DNA of 64,000 nucleotides from Psammoneis japonica (taxonomy: Eukaryota), in assembly GCA_008632985.1 (NCBI GenBank), contig QPGO01000124.1, forward strand, positions 124,001-188,000, in the 5' to 3' direction. Of this stretch, positions 46,001 to 59,957 are shown piece by piece (the first letter of the stretch is position 1; each line of letters begins with the position of its first letter). The notes beneath the pieces were generated by a model. It was not told the DNA's origin. It searched no databases and saw only the letters and a list, made by a program, of their open reading frames with translations. Made by a program: the position numbers and the translations under genes.

Positions 46001-47862
46001 AAACCAATCTTTTTGGAAGCCTCAATAGCATCCTCGACAGTGTTGACGGCGTATGATTCCGCAATCTTTTCGTCAATCTCATTGAGCTTGTCCGAGAACC
46101 TCTGCCTGTCCTCCGTGTCAATAACCGTCTGGATCGGAGTACCAAGGACTTGGACGTTGTACTTTTCGAAAATACCAGCCTCGTACATTTCCACAGCGCA
46201 GTTCAAGGCAGTCTGCCCACCCATGGAAACGACAATACCGTCGGGCTTTTCCTTCTTGATGACTTCCTCCACAAATTCGGGAGTAACGGGAAGGAAGAAA
46301 ATGTGGTCGGCCTTGTTGGGCGACTTGTCGTCCATGTTGGTCTGAACGGACGCAATGTTGGGGTTCATCAAGACGACTTCCATGCCCTCTTCTTTCAAAG
46401 CCTGAATTAGGTCAAACAAGAGAGAATAAATATAATGAGAAACAGAAAGAAAAAAAAAGAAGCACTGACATCAAATATCAAAACTCACCTTGATGGCCTG
46501 TCCACCAGAGTAATCGAATTCACCGGCCTGTCCAATAGAAGTTCCTCCACTTCCCAACAAGAGGACCTTTTTCACCTGAGGCCTCGGCGGAGCAGGAGCC
46601 CGAACGGGAAAGACAATTTTTTCCGTTGGCTTTTTGCAGGCATCCAAAAAGACGTCAAACATAAATTCCGTGTCGCAGGGACCGCAGCAGGCTTCGGGAT
46701 GGAACTGAGCCGAAAAGTAGGGCCTGGTCTCGTGCGCAATACCCTCGTTGGAATTGTCATTGGCGTTGGTAAAGAGAACCTTCCAGCCTGGCTTGAGAGT
46801 GTCACAGTTAATGTGGTATCCGTGGTTCTGTGGAGTAATGTAGCACTCTCCAGTCTGGTGGTTCAAAACGGGCTGGTTCTGACCACGGTTACCAAAGGGA
46901 AGCTTCTCAGCTTTTCCTCCAGCGGCCAGTCCGGTCAATTGGTTTCCAAGACAGATTCCAAAAAGGGGCTTGACCTCGTCGTCGGGGCACTCGATAACCT
47001 TTTGAAGCTCGGCAACGGTCGTGTCCATGAGGGTAGAGGGATCACCAGGACCGTTGGAGAGGAAGAGACCGTCGTAGTTCTTCATTTCGGCCGCGAATTT
47101 GTAATCCCACGGAACAACAGTCAATTCGGCGCCGCGCCTAACGAGTTGTCTGATAATGTTGAACTTCATACCACCGTCGACGGCGATAATCTTGACGGGG
47201 TTTCCTTTTCCGTACACCTTGACCTCCTTTGTGCTGACCTCGTCGACAAGGTTCTTGTCGTTGGGGTTGATCATCTTGGAGAAGTCTGGAGCGGGAGCGT
47301 CCATATCAATCTCGATGCGCCCGAGAAGAGCTCCCTTTTCACGGATCTTCTTGGTGAGCATACGGGTGTCAATGTTGCAAAGACCGGGGACGCCCTCTTC
47401 CTTGAGCCAGTCTCCCAAACTCGAGACGGCATTCCAGTGTGAGTAGTGGTGGGCGTAATCCTGCACAATCAAAGCAGCAGCGTGGATTCCGCTAGATTCA
47501 AAAAATGCAGGGAGACCGAATTCATCAATTTTCGTTCGATCGGGGACACCGTAGTTTCCCACCATGGGTGTGGTGAGGGTCAAGATCTGGCCCTGGTAAG
47601 ATGGATCCGTCAAACTCTCGTTGTATCCAACCATACCGGTACTAAAGACGACCTGAAGGAACAACAAAAATCGAGAAAGTCTTTAGAGATATGCACGACA
47701 CTCGAGTGAAAATGCATTTACGACGCGAGAAAAATATCTTACCTCTCCCTCGACGCTCTTGTGGCAGCCAAAACTAGTTCCGACAAGAACGGTACCATCT
47801 TCAAGGTAAAGCTTTGCCACCGCGGTGGGTGGGACGCAATCGTCGGTGCTCTGAGGACCCAT
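43044..47862 (-). CDS. CPS: Glutamine-dependent carbamoyl-phosphate synthase, fused small+large subunit; exons 47862-47743, 47652-46489, 46401-45688, 45605-44291, 44203-43044
   Basis: 'GICLGNQL' and 'QFHPE' (GATase), '[10 protein letters not shown]', two ATP-grasp halves and an MGS domain. Four frame-consistent GT-AG introns. Confidence 0.96.
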
Positions 47863-48736
47863 CTTTTCTCAATTTTATGAGTAACTTGACGTTGTTGAAT
47901 TTTCTCAATCCTTTGATGCGAGTTTTATGTTCTCTCCCAAGGATTCTTGGCTGTCAGGGATGTCACGTACCTTTTCACGTCGTGCATTTGCAGAACACCT
48001 CAGTCCGGTGAGAATCGGATTTGCTTTCTGAAATTTCGGTGGTATCTTTGCAGGAACTTGGATACACTATCGGGAAAAGAGTACATTATGCGAACCCCAA
48101 GAGTTGAGCAATCCTCTGCACCGCCACCCAATCAAATTGTGAGCATCATAACCTGTACAACTTGAAATTTGAAAATGCACGTGCCACGGTACCAACAAAT
48201 CCGCCATCATGGGGTCGTGGACGTTAAATCTTATTATTGAAGTTAACTATAGAAATTTACATATTTATGAACACGTCACCGTACAACTCCGACCACCAGC
48301 CGCAAATTCAGACGTGGATGAAACGTGCGAAATAAAAATGCAAAAAGCATGATGTTGGTGCCGGATCTATGACGCCCTGTCATCATCTTGGACACTCTGT
48401 TGTCCAACCGGTCAACCATGACGCAAAGAACCTATTGCGTAGTAAAGGAAACGTGCATTTTGGGAGTCGGCGATTGAGCGAGAGCCGATGTGAGGACGTG
48501 TTTGCGTGAATGCATCAAGGAGCAATCAGCAAATGGAAGGGTGGATGGCATGGGCAACAGCATTTCACGGGTAGACAGCCAGTCAACCTTGAATTAAATG
48601 ACCCATTCTTGAGTCACGTGATTTTTTCGGCTGGCGGCGATCGAGGGTACGGAGGAATGAAAATGGCTCGCTGCCTGTTTTGCCCGCCGGCGCAAAATGA
48701 ATCGACGCCTCATTCGTAACGTGATGCAGGCCTAGA

Positions 48737-48972
48737 GAGGAGCTTTTGTGACAGTGCCATGTCTCATCCATCGGGTCCACCATTGACGCAAAAACAATTC
48801 CAGCGCTAATTCATTTATCAGATCCATGCCGGCATCACATGGACGGGTCGTCATTATGCACGCAGAGGAGCTTTTGTGACGCTGCCATGATTCATCCAAC
48901 GTGTCAACTCTTAACATGAAGACAATCATTCAACGTGTCAACCCTTATTGCGAAAACGATTCCAGCGCTACT
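48737..48972. repeat. Short imperfect direct repeat
   Basis: GAGGAGCTTTTGTGAC..GCCATG and ATTCCAGCGCTA each occur twice. Confidence 0.6.
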
Positions 48973-48974
48973 TT

Positions 48975-51900
48975 TTAAGTATCAGAACTACCGGTATCAC
49001 ACTGAGGGGTAGTCATCATGGAGAGCTTCTTATCCAACTGGTCCACCTTGACGCAAAAACCCCACTCTTCGTACAAATCCCGTGCTTTCTTCAAGTAATG
49101 TTTGACTTCACCTTCTATTCCAAGTACATTTAGTGTGATGCTCATCCTCTCACAAGCCAAAGCCTGCAACGGCAAGAACTTTTCTTTTCTGGCTGCATCG
49201 ATGGCATCTCGGTATCGAAACATGGCACGATCAGTATGACCTTGCAGTGCCGCAACCTCGGCATCCACGACATAGTAAAATGGCAAAAAATTATACGGTG
49301 AATACTTGGACCAATGTTTCAGCTTCTTTCTGCACAAGCGAGCAGTCTTGACAAAGTGACGCCGACGGAATCGACTCTTGGAAAATCGTATCATTTCGAT
49401 CGCAATAACGCCCTCAAGAAGCACGTCATAAGCAATGCCAATAGAAGCGACAGCATCCTTAGTCATGCGCTTGTATTTCATAAACTCTTTGTAGGCGCGT
49501 TTGTAGTCATTCATAAACATGTAGATACCAGCGTGCATCTGGTAAATACGAGACACATTGGCTTCATTGTTCGATCTCGTCTGAGACAAAATGTACTGAT
49601 CTTCGTCCATCTCTTCACCAGTTAGCTTGAACACATCCTCTGACTGCCCCATATAATTCAGGAGCAATTGAAGATTCGGCAGCGATAACGACAAAACAGC
49701 CTCCTGTTTGTATGAGCGCATCTCCTCAACATAGCCCCGCATTGTTTGTACAAGTTGAGGAATAGGCTCTCCTGCAAAATACAAATGGAAACAATAGATC
49801 GACGCGGCCATCATTGCAAACTGCAAATAGCCCGAGAAACATAACGAGATTAATTTTCTGTTGAAAAAATGATTTGCTCCATTGCCGACTCAACGTACCT
49901 CAATGTCACCAGTTTCACATCCCAAGCGGTGCGCCTCCTTCAAAAAGGACATTGTGTTCCAAATAGGCTCTTTCCAAGGCACGACAATTCCGTAAACAGC
50001 AACATAGGCCCTGGGCAACCACGTCTTTCCGAACCGCTCTGAGAGTCGGATGGACACTTGCGCAAACTTGTACGCGGCGTCAATTTCGCCAATGTTGCAC
50101 AGGAGCATTGAATAGGTGCCGAACCCATTACTTGCGACACTGCTCATTCCAAACTTCAGCGATATCTGAACAATTCGGCATGCAAACAGTGGCACGTACG
50201 CTTGCTGAGAAAAGAATGCGTAGAGATAGATAAGGTTCATCAGCCGAATCACCGCCAACTTGTTGCGATCCGTCATCAGCGGCAAAGTTACAATGTCATT
50301 GACCGTCCTCCCACGTAACATCCATTTCGTCTTCAAGATTTCAAAAATGGTTTTCACCTTGGTCGGTTTGGACGGGAATGTTTCGCCGAGTTTTTCTAGC
50401 GCTTCGAAAGCGGTTTTAATTGCTTCTGAGAAGCGTTCCTGTGCACCCAAGGCAAACACAAAAGTATTGTACGCTTGAATCTTGTCATCAAACGACCTTG
50501 CATTGTCAAACACGTCATTGAGCAAGGATTCCGTCGCTTCAAAGTTTGCGTTGCAGTATTCAATTTCCGCCGTGGCGTTGTATAGGGCGAGGGTGAGGTC
50601 ATATTGCGCTCGCCAGTGCCTCTCTGGCAGAAACCTTATTCCGAGATTCAAACAATCTGCCGCAGACACAAAAGCAGAGAAGGAAACTGCCCTTTTTCCC
50701 GCTCGAAGACAGAGTTCAGCAAATCGGACTCGCTCTTCCAAGTCCTGGATACAGTCAATTCCTTCTCCAGCTTGGTTCACCACAAGAAAGATATTGTTGT
50801 CGAGTTCACGAGATGGCAAACCGTTGATCAACTGTGTTGCTATCAAGGCGTGAACCATGCCACGCTTGTCGCTTGGTATGGATACATAGGTGGCCTCTTG
50901 CATTCTATCGTGAGCAAATTTACCACCGTAAGGTTTGACATGGATCAGGCTCTTGTCTGCAGCAAACTTTAGTGCATCTTGTATATCGGCATCCGGCAAC
51001 ACCATTGACAAATGCAATGTTTGAAAAGTTACTCCCAAGCACGATGCAATCTGAAGAACCTCAATTGCGCTTGCTGGCAATCCTTCAAGTACTCGCTTGA
51101 CTATACCAACCACACTGTGTGTTTCAGCGAATTCGCTGATCCGTGCTTGGTCGAGATGCCAGTTCTCCCCATCAAATTCTAGGATTCCATCATCTTTCAG
51201 ACGTGTTGTTAGCTGTATCATGTGAAACATGTTTCCACTTGTCCTTTCTGACAGTAGTTCAACAAGGGTTTCGAGATTCTCTGTAGACGGAAACATGGAA
51301 TGGACTACTGATTGTACTCGCTGTCTCGAAAAGTTTGAAATGTGAACATCCGTGATCAAGACGTGATGTTTGCTTTCTAATTCTCGAAGAACTTCGGACA
51401 AGTAGTCATCAATGGATACTTCATTTCCTCTACAAGCACCAAGTAGCAAAACTCCTTCGTTTCCTCCCGTATCTCTGGCTAACGTAGCAAGTAGATCCAG
51501 ACTCCCATTGTCCGCCCACTGCAAATCGTCCAGAAAAAGTACGAGCGGACAGTTGCGTGTAGCAATAGCTCGGACAAGGCCACGAAAGGAAGTCAAAAAA
51601 CGGCGCTTTCTCGCATCGTTTTCATTCATCGTATTGTTGGAAGAGTAAATTTCAATGTTGTTTGATTCAGAGTGACCTAGAATGAGTTCGAGGCACGGCA
51701 CAGTATCAACCAACAGCTTTACATCAATAACGTCGCTTGCTTCACGTACACGCTGACGCATAGATTGTAACAAGCTCTCATCTCCGGACGACTCGATATG
51801 ATCGCATAGTTTCGTAAAGGCTTCCACAAAGGCTGAGTAGGGTTCTGGGCTTTGTATTTGATCAAATTTACCACAACAAAAGAAGCCCCCGTCATCGGAC

Positions 51901-52061
51901 TCGACTCGTTTGATGAGCGTTCGAGCAAGAGTGGTTTTGCCACTGCCAGAAACCCCGGTCAATAACACAAGCTCTGGCCGATCAGCATGGAATAGTCGAC
52001 GTTCATAAGTCTCTTGCAGCTGCTGCTCTTCCGCCTCGCGGCCGTACAGCTCTTGTGCCAT
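48975..52061 (-). CDS. STAND/AAA_16-type ATPase with helical repeat region (as in multi-sensor kinases/cyclases); intron ~49898-49822
   Basis: 'LYGRE', GVSGSGKT, 'GKFDQ', 'LFLDDLQWAD', 'FAHDRMQEATY'. Confidence 0.88.
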
Positions 52062-52299
52062 TGCCAAGAGACGATGATTCTGATGTGTTGTGTTCTGTGT
52101 TCTGTCGTGTAGGGTGCGCCGACACTTTCCACTCTACAGTACTGTAGGGCCCTAGCCCTAGAGTCTATGGATTCCGCATTCCGCACCGCCGGGCGGAAGG
52201 ACGCCTCTGAAGGATCAACAAGCAATCGATCGAATCAGCAATCATCATGTCATTCCGTTTCTATTCTAGCTGGGCCCAATGGCGACGACCGGTGCGTAT

Positions 52300-55100
52300 G
52301 AAGGCGCCTTAGAGGCTGCCGTTCGTCAGCGTGGTCATCCGGCAGCAGTTTCCCATCTTGATTCATTCTCTCGTGACAAGAATCATGATGCCACGAGGTG
52401 CGCTCTGTTGACCAATGTTGCAAACAATCTCTGTGATGGAATCCACAAACAACCACTGGTGCCATTGGAAAAGCATGTTCCCCTCGCTTCGTTTTGACAC
52501 CTTCATGCTGCTCCCTTCTCACAACAAGAAGCACATGCCTGGAGAAAAGGTTCATCTGTCAGCCTGACAGGTTGAGAGGGAGGTGAGAACCAGCTCTCAT
52601 GATGTTTGGTGAAGGACATTTGGTGTCAAACAAGACAGTTCAACAAGCAAGAGCAGCGCACACAGACAAGGAGTGCTGGCAAGTTGTCAAGACAAGCACA
52701 ATGATTTAAGGATTCAATGACTGCAGGAAGAGTGATGGAGCAAAATGTCCCAACAAGCACAGTGAAGAAATGACATCAGCCAGGGCCAACTGGCAATGAG
52801 TTTTGACTTACCCTTGACAAGGAAAATCTTGACCAGCTGAGGGAACAGTCACAAATCAGTTGTCCCACATGCAGAATGACTGGTGCTGGAGTGTGTGGGC
52901 CACTTGTGGAATTTGCTCCCAACCACCATGAAGAAATGATGCCCTGACAATTCAGTTTGGTGACAGATGAAAATGTGGTGCTGTCCATGATGCTCTAAAG
53001 TTGGCATTTTTTACAAGAAGTTGTTGTGAAGCAAAGCCCAGTCAGAAGTGGGCTTGTCACAACATGGAGTTTTGTTGCTTGCAGCATCATTCACTTGATG
53101 AATGAGTGCTGAGTGCGGTGTGCAATTGAGAATGTGGGCAAGCACAGCAAGTGAGTGCAAGAGGTGGAAAGTTTGTCTTGCTTGTGTGAAAAGTTTTGTT
53201 GATCAAGTGGAGCGCACTGCAAATGATTTTGATGTGCCTGTCAATTTTTAGAGTTGTGGCCTAAATTGATTGTTCATGCCAGGCGATTTGCCAAATGATG
53301 ACAACATCACTGTGCCTGACAAGTTGGAGATGTTTGTGCCAAAGGACAAGCTTTGTGTGAGGGTCAAATGACAGATCTTTGATGTGAGCAGCAGGAGTGT
53401 GTTGGAACGTCAAGATGAGAGACCCAGATGTTGTGTTGCTCATGTGACCGGGACAGTTTGAATGAGAAAGACATGTTGATCCTGACATGCTGGTTGGCTG
53501 GTGTGACATGCTTGGATGAGATCACAATTGTCACCACATTCTTTGCATGTGTTTTTGTTCTCACTCTTTGGAGCAAATCATTGGTTTGCATGACCATTGA
53601 TTGGCATCAAGTGGCACCTGTCATTTTGGCAGGTGGGGTGCACCAAAGCATGACTTTTGGCGGCAGTTTCATCAAGCAGTTTTGAAATGTCTGAGCAAGA
53701 ATTGCCTCACATCTCATCCAAGCAACACACTGTTGCCCAAATGGCGCTTTTGTGAGACAGGACTGAGCCACCCAAATGATGACATCTTGCAAAATCAAAG
53801 CAAAAACTTTGCATGGTGTTTGCATTAGAAGAGGTGAGCACACAAAGTGTGTGCAGTGCTGCAAACAACATGTGGGTCAAATCAGAACTTGCTTGTGATC
53901 CTCATCACACAGTGCACTCTTGTTTTGCTCACACAAATGTTCTCATTGTGTTGTTTCCAGAATCACATGCAGATGGAACAACTGAATCATGACAAGGAAT
54001 GAATCAATGCAATTGGGCAATTTTGACAAGGACAGCACGGGAGCATGCAGCAGCAGTGGGAAAACCTGTGGCCCCACTCTGATGCCTCAAAAACCAATCC
54101 ACTCATGCTCCACACTTGACACCCTGGGGACAACTCATTCCAAATTGTCAAATGGGTTGAATCAACTTGCATTTGTGAGATCCAACATCAGTGTCCACAG
54201 ATGTCCAGCTGATTGGTGCACATTGGATTCAACTTTGTGGGATTGATGGGGCTGAAGGCAGAGGCGACACTGTTGATGAACACAAGTTGGGGCGGAGCAC
54301 AGGACCATTGCTGATGGAACAATGGCGGGCATCCACACAAAACCCACCACAGCAAGTCCAGCAGCTTTGCTGTGTGTGAGGGAACAGAGCAGTCGGATCA
54401 ACCCAAGGGACAACCAAGCACTTCTTGTGATGCAGCAAAAACTGTGCAATGCCATGTGGGCAAAAGGGGTTGGAGAAGCAAGACCATTTGAGTCAGTGCA
54501 CTTGTCCACAAAAAATTAGAAAGCTGTGGGATGCCAGTGGCAGTGATGCCCACGCAAGTCTGCTCAAGAAGAGCACCCCCCCCCCCCCCCCCCCCGATGC
54601 CAATCGTTTGCACATGCGCGACACTTGCTGGAAGAGAGCAAATCCAAAGCATGGGAAATCAACACAAAAACAGACTTCTGCACATTCATTTGATGCACCA
54701 TTGCCATCACCAGTGGAGTTCTTGATGAAAAGCAGGGAAAACGCAAGGGGCGATGATGAGAGGAGCGATGCAGAGAGTCGGGCCTCGGAGATGGTGAATT
54801 GGACAAATTGGACCATTGCTGCAAGGTTGTTGGGGGAAAGTCTAAACACAGAACAGACAAATGGAAAGGATGAAAAAGGTGGGGTCCATTGCACTTGGAA
54901 AATGTGACCTTGATTTCACTGTGAAAACGGGCGTTTGTTTTTGTTCGTCTGATTTTTACATGGTGAAGTGTGGGAAAAGCGAGAAAAGTGCTGTTTCACG
55001 TTCTCTCCAACTGCACAGTCCGTGACTTGGTGGGTGCATCATCAGAGATGTGAGAGCTTCTGCTTTTGACATTGGTCACCATTGGCATCATAAAAGCCGC
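52300..55100. other. TA- and CG-depleted decayed repeat island, identity unrecognised
   Basis: TpA is nearly absent and TG/CA saturating. No intact ORF. Confidence 0.7.
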
Positions 55101-56009
55101 CAGAACATTCCAGAACTGCAAACGAGTCGTCGCACGAAAAATCGAATTTTTTCAGTCGTAATCACACGGTAACGTGCGGGAAAATGGCGGTCACTTCATC
55201 GCTCTCTATCTCGACAAATACAATGCCAACGAAAAAATTACACCCCGTTCTAAGCACCTCTGAACACCCTCTATCGAATAAAGTAACTCTTGTTTCGATC
55301 CAAGAAAATTCGTTTCTGCGTGATTTGTACGGCGTCCCCACCCATAGCAGCACTCTGTGCGGCAGATCACGCACGCTCCGAGTTTTTGAGCACGTGAAAA
55401 CCGCGATGATGTCTTCGCTGTTCGCGTCAAAACGACAACAGTTGTCACGTTGAGTGTCAGATTTCGAAACGAATCGCTCTACCAATCAATCACAGGATCA
55501 ATGAAGTATCAACAAATGCATAGAAGCGTCAACACGTATGCTGCTGTTCACGAGGACAGAAGGGAATTGGCCATGCCGAATAAGCACCGTCGTCCTATAA
55601 GAAAGACGGAAATTTCGGGATGTTCACTCAACCACGGAGAACGGGACGGTTGTAATGCATCAGAAACATTGTCGATGTCGTCGGCTGAAACTGTTAGAAT
55701 GTCGAATGTCAGTTACAGGGGACGTCTGAAGGTACGAAAATAGCGGTGAGATCAGCCGTTTCGAGATCGGTGTTCACCAGATTTTGACCGTTAGATTTTG
55801 CGCGCATTTTTCAAACAACATTGTCTCACAAAACTTTTGACGTGATCGCATTGTTGACCAACGTCCTCGATTTGTACAACAAACGGTACGCCTTTAATGT
55901 CTGCCAATCTTGTTCTCTCTTTTCCGTGACTCCCTTCTCATGTATCGATTTTGTTGGTCTTTGTTTAGGAACAACCGTTGACAAACTCAAGAAGCTCTTG
56001 ACTGCAGCG

Positions 56010-56408
56010 ATGATGTCCTCCGACCAGTTCTTTTTCATTATGTTCCCGGCTTTTGTGGCGTTTCTGGCAATTGTGGTAGCAATGACTGGAGGTTCCGCAC
56101 TCGAAGTAGCACTAGCAGCTGTAGCAATCGCACAAGCAATCACTTTGTTCTTCCGTGGCGGCATGAGAGATAACCGTCCAATCGACCGTCCTATCGACCA
56201 TCCTATCGAAGTACTTGAAATTCGAGATGGCAGCATCCCATCTGCTCAATACTCTGACTTATCTCATCCTATCGCTCGCAACCAACGAGAACAAGATTTG
56301 GTGGGGCTTGGCGGCAACGACGAAGGTGGCGATTCTCGAAACAGCAGTTCTCGCCACGGCGGCTCTGATGTGGGCATGCACCTCTCCGCGGATAGCAGCA
56401 CCGACTAG
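56010..56408 (+). CDS. Small hypothetical protein with two N-terminal hydrophobic helices
   Basis: ORF from MMSSDQFFF. No family recognised. Confidence 0.5.
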   Translation: MMSSDQFFFIMFPAFVAFLAIVVAMTGGSALEVALAAVAIAQAITLFFRGGMRDNRPIDRPIDHPIEVLEIRDGSIPSAQYSDLSHPIARNQREQDLVGLGGNDEGGDSRNSSSRHGGSDVGMHLSADSSTD

Positions 56409-57008
56409 AGAGAATGTGGCTATACCGTTATACTTCAATACCCGAATACCTTGTTATTCCATTCTTTGCAATAGACCGAGTATCTGCTGATATCCACAGT
56501 AGCTAAAGGTCAAGCATAAGTAGATCTACATTATGCAGTAACTTGTTTAGCACTCTTCCCCTTGGATGTAACGCAAGTCCTATATGGTGCTGTCGTCGTC
56601 ACTACCATCTGCCGCTAGCGCAGCTCCTATCAGTTCAGTACTTTGTTCCCTGCCCTTTTCTCGCTCCCATACGGTGCATAATGTTTGCGAGGCTCAAAGT
56701 TGAAATCAATGGCTTCTAGCATCTGACGGGAATCCACAGTCAGAGATGACCACTTGCCATTCGTCCAGGCTCTGTGCAGTTTTGTGTTGGTTCTTTATCC
56801 AAGCCGCAACCGTCTTGCAGTCTTCGCATTGGTACACTTTCTCAATATTCTAGAGATATCATTGCAGTCTCCGTAAAGATCCTTGACTTCTTGAGCTGAC
56901 TTTCTGAGACACTTGATTCTTTAGTTTACATGATGGCTACGCGTCTGTAATCACGAGCCTGGCATTCAGTTTGTCTCTTTTTCAACACCTCCAATCAACC
57001 AGCTTAAT

Positions 57009-58276
57009 CTAATTGTTCTTGACAAAATCCTCCCCCTTCTTGATTTGATTCTTCAAATCGGGCATCATCTTGTCAAACCATCCCTGTTCGTACGCACTCA
57101 ATTCTCCATACGGCAGCACCTCCTCAACACCATTCTTTCCAAACTTGCAAGGAGACGCAAAGTAGGGAGCGTCCGTCAAGGAGCTTTCAACAAAGGCACA
57201 CTGCACCACGTCCTCCTCACCACGCATGGCCTTGAGTGCATTTTCGGTAAAAATGTATCCCGCATACGCCATGGACAAGGTGGCACTGCCCGAACCCGCC
57301 TTGGCGGCAACCACTTCGTCTCCACCGAATTGAGTACGAACCGTAATAGCCTCGAGATCGTCATCCGACACATTGAATCCAGGCACTTGTGAAAAGAGTG
57401 GAAGAATGGTAATTCCCGCATGTCCGCCAATCACTGTGACATTCACGTCTTCGGGCTTGACACCCATGGCTTGTGCGGCAAACGTGTTGGCACGGCAGAC
57501 ATCCAGAGTGGTGACGCCCGCCAGCTTTTTGGGATCGTAAACTCCAGCCTTTTTCAATACTTCGGCTGCAATCGGCACAGTCGAGTTGACGGGGTTTGAA
57601 ATGATTGCAAGAAGAGCATCAGGGCAGAATTCAGCACAGCCCTCAACCAAGGTTTTACAAATGCTAGCGTTTGTCTGGAACAAGCAAAGACAAATAGGAA
57701 ACAGAGTATAATTAAAAACAATGGTTTTTTTTTTTTGCTCATCAATCAAAGTAGTACTCACGTTGAAAAGATCATCTCGCGTCATGCCTGGTTTGCGGGG
57801 AACACCGGCGGGAATTACAACGACATCGGCACCGCTTAACACTTCACCAAGACCTTCGTTGGAACGAGGAGGCCACACTCCGGGCGACGGCAACGCACCA
57901 GATGCGGCAGTTTTTGTTGGAATCTATGGGAGAGGCGTACAGCAGAGCAGACGTGAGATAAAAAAAATGATATGTAGTTCAACGTAGTTCGAGAAGAAGG
58001 AGAAACTGAGAGAATCAATCTGCCGCCCCGCTCTTATGTGTTCATCAGTATTTTACGTACATGACTAAGATCGGCAGCGACACCGGGAGTTCCGACGACA
58101 TCATAACAGGCAAGTTCATCGACTTCTGGCGATAGCTTCAGCAAAAGCGAAAGGGGTTGACCGATTCCGCCCGTCGCTCCAAGCACCGCAACCTTGGCAT
58201 CCGACGCCGCAGTGGCATGAAAGCTACGTGCGCTCTTGGTAGCAACTACCCGTGCAATACGTGAAGCAGCAAACAT
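57009..58276 (-). CDS. MDH2: Mitochondrial malate dehydrogenase; exons 58276-58061, 57923-57762, 57674-57009
   Basis: Arg/Ser/Ala presequence, '[19 protein letters not shown]', '[18 protein letters not shown]', '[10 protein letters not shown]'. Confidence 0.97.
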
Positions 58277-59124
58277 GATGATACTATTTTTTTTTGAACT
58301 GTATTGTTGTAAAGGCAATGACAAGTTGTGAAGGAAAAGTGAGTGTCAAACAAAAAACTGAAAATGCGAAAAAAAGTGACGACGCGACAGAAAAGATCGG
58401 CATCAAATGGCACTGCTCTCCACAGTAGGCTAAATAAATCGCATCGTTAACGGTCTTGTATCTTGTGCTGTCGGTGTTTCCCAAAACACGAAGCCGAGCT
58501 CAACAATGAACATGACGTTTATCATTCTACGTCTTTTTCAAATTGGTACACTACATCAAAACATACGACGACAAGAACAACAGTTTTTCTAAATTCTCCA
58601 AGCAAGAAGCTATGCATCAGAACGAGCGATCGGTCATTGTCTCTCACCTCGTCTCGAAACGTTTTTGGATTCTTGGGTTCGCGTCGTCGGCGGGGTCGGT
58701 GGTTATGGCGAATAGGAATCCGGAATCATGTTGATTGTGGTGATGACTCATGACTGAGAAACCGTGACTCCTCGAGACCGACGACGTCTTCAAAATACCT
58801 GAATGAGCACAAAAATGACGAGCACTACGAATAGAGACTTTTTTCGCTTCTTTGACGAGTACACCCAAATTCCTCACCCAAAACCAGGAGCTATGCATCT
58901 TTGCTCTTTGTTCGCCAAGATTGCATTGATCTCCTTCCAACAAGCTACAAACCCGCAGCATCCATCTTCTGTTCGCGTCTGAATGTCGACTCACTCGACT
59001 GAACGCTTAAGGATGTCGGCGCTCCTGTAGACCCTCTCTAGTAGCTAGGCCCTAACGGTAGCCGGAGTACATAGAGTCAAGAGTCAGTCTCTACTCTGCT
59101 CTACTCTAGGGCCCTAGAATAGCT

Positions 59125-59125
59125 A

Positions 59126-59171
<46 letters not shown>
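59125..59171. repeat. (CT)n microsatellite
   Basis: Directly visible. Confidence 0.95.
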
Positions 59172-59330
59172 CAGTGGAGGGTCAAGTATAAGGAAAGGGG
59201 TGCAGAAGCTTATGCCAATGGGACTTTTGTTGTGATGGAACGTGGTACACGATGATCCAGTGGTGACTGCAGTGACAAACATGCGTTGTGGAATCTTTTG
59301 GCTGTACATATCGCACTAATTGCGAATTCT

Positions 59331-59589
59331 TGTGGAGCTGCGGTTGAGGTTGATTGCAAATGAGATTCTCATGAGTATCAAATGCGGTTGTTTCTGGAAT
59401 CTCATTAGATATCTAGGGAGTTTGCTATATTATGGTATAGTGGATCTATCTCCTTTTGTCTGCTCCAGATGCTCGGCATTCAACCTCTTGTATTGTGGAG
59501 CTGCGGTTGAGGTTGATTGCGAATGAGATTTCTTGAGTGTCGAATGTGATTGTTTCAGGCATCTCATTAGATCCAGAGAGATTGCTACT
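59331..59589. repeat. ~95-bp imperfect direct repeat x2
   Basis: TGTGGAGCTGCGGTTGAGGTTGATTGC...ATCTCATTAGAT at 59331 and 59495. Confidence 0.85.
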
Positions 59590-59957
59590 GTGTGGTAGAA
59601 ACGTTCCACCACCATTTGTCTGCTCCTGATTCTCTACATACAACCTCTAGTCGGCCTGGTGATCGTCACCGGAATCCGTTACTGGGTCTAGACATTGCGT
59701 TTCTAGGTTCGTTTTTGTGGTGTACCTGCTCAAAGGAGGAGTCGAGCCTTTCTCGGCTGCAGGCTGATGTGGCGAACAGAAGTTCAAACTTCAGAAGACT
59801 TCAGTAGATTCATTCTCAAGCATCCTTGACATTGGTGGTAAACTAAGTAGAACAGTGTCAGTGTAAGATATAATACAGTGAGGAAAACATAGGGTCCTAT
59901 GAAAGCCGTTCCTTTTATTCATGCAAACATGTATTATGCCCATCACAACATGGGAAT

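Noticed and set aside
43020..47442. Plus-strand ORFs 43020-43778, 44358-45500, 46435-47442
   Set aside because: They are antisense shadows of the codon-biased CPS exons.
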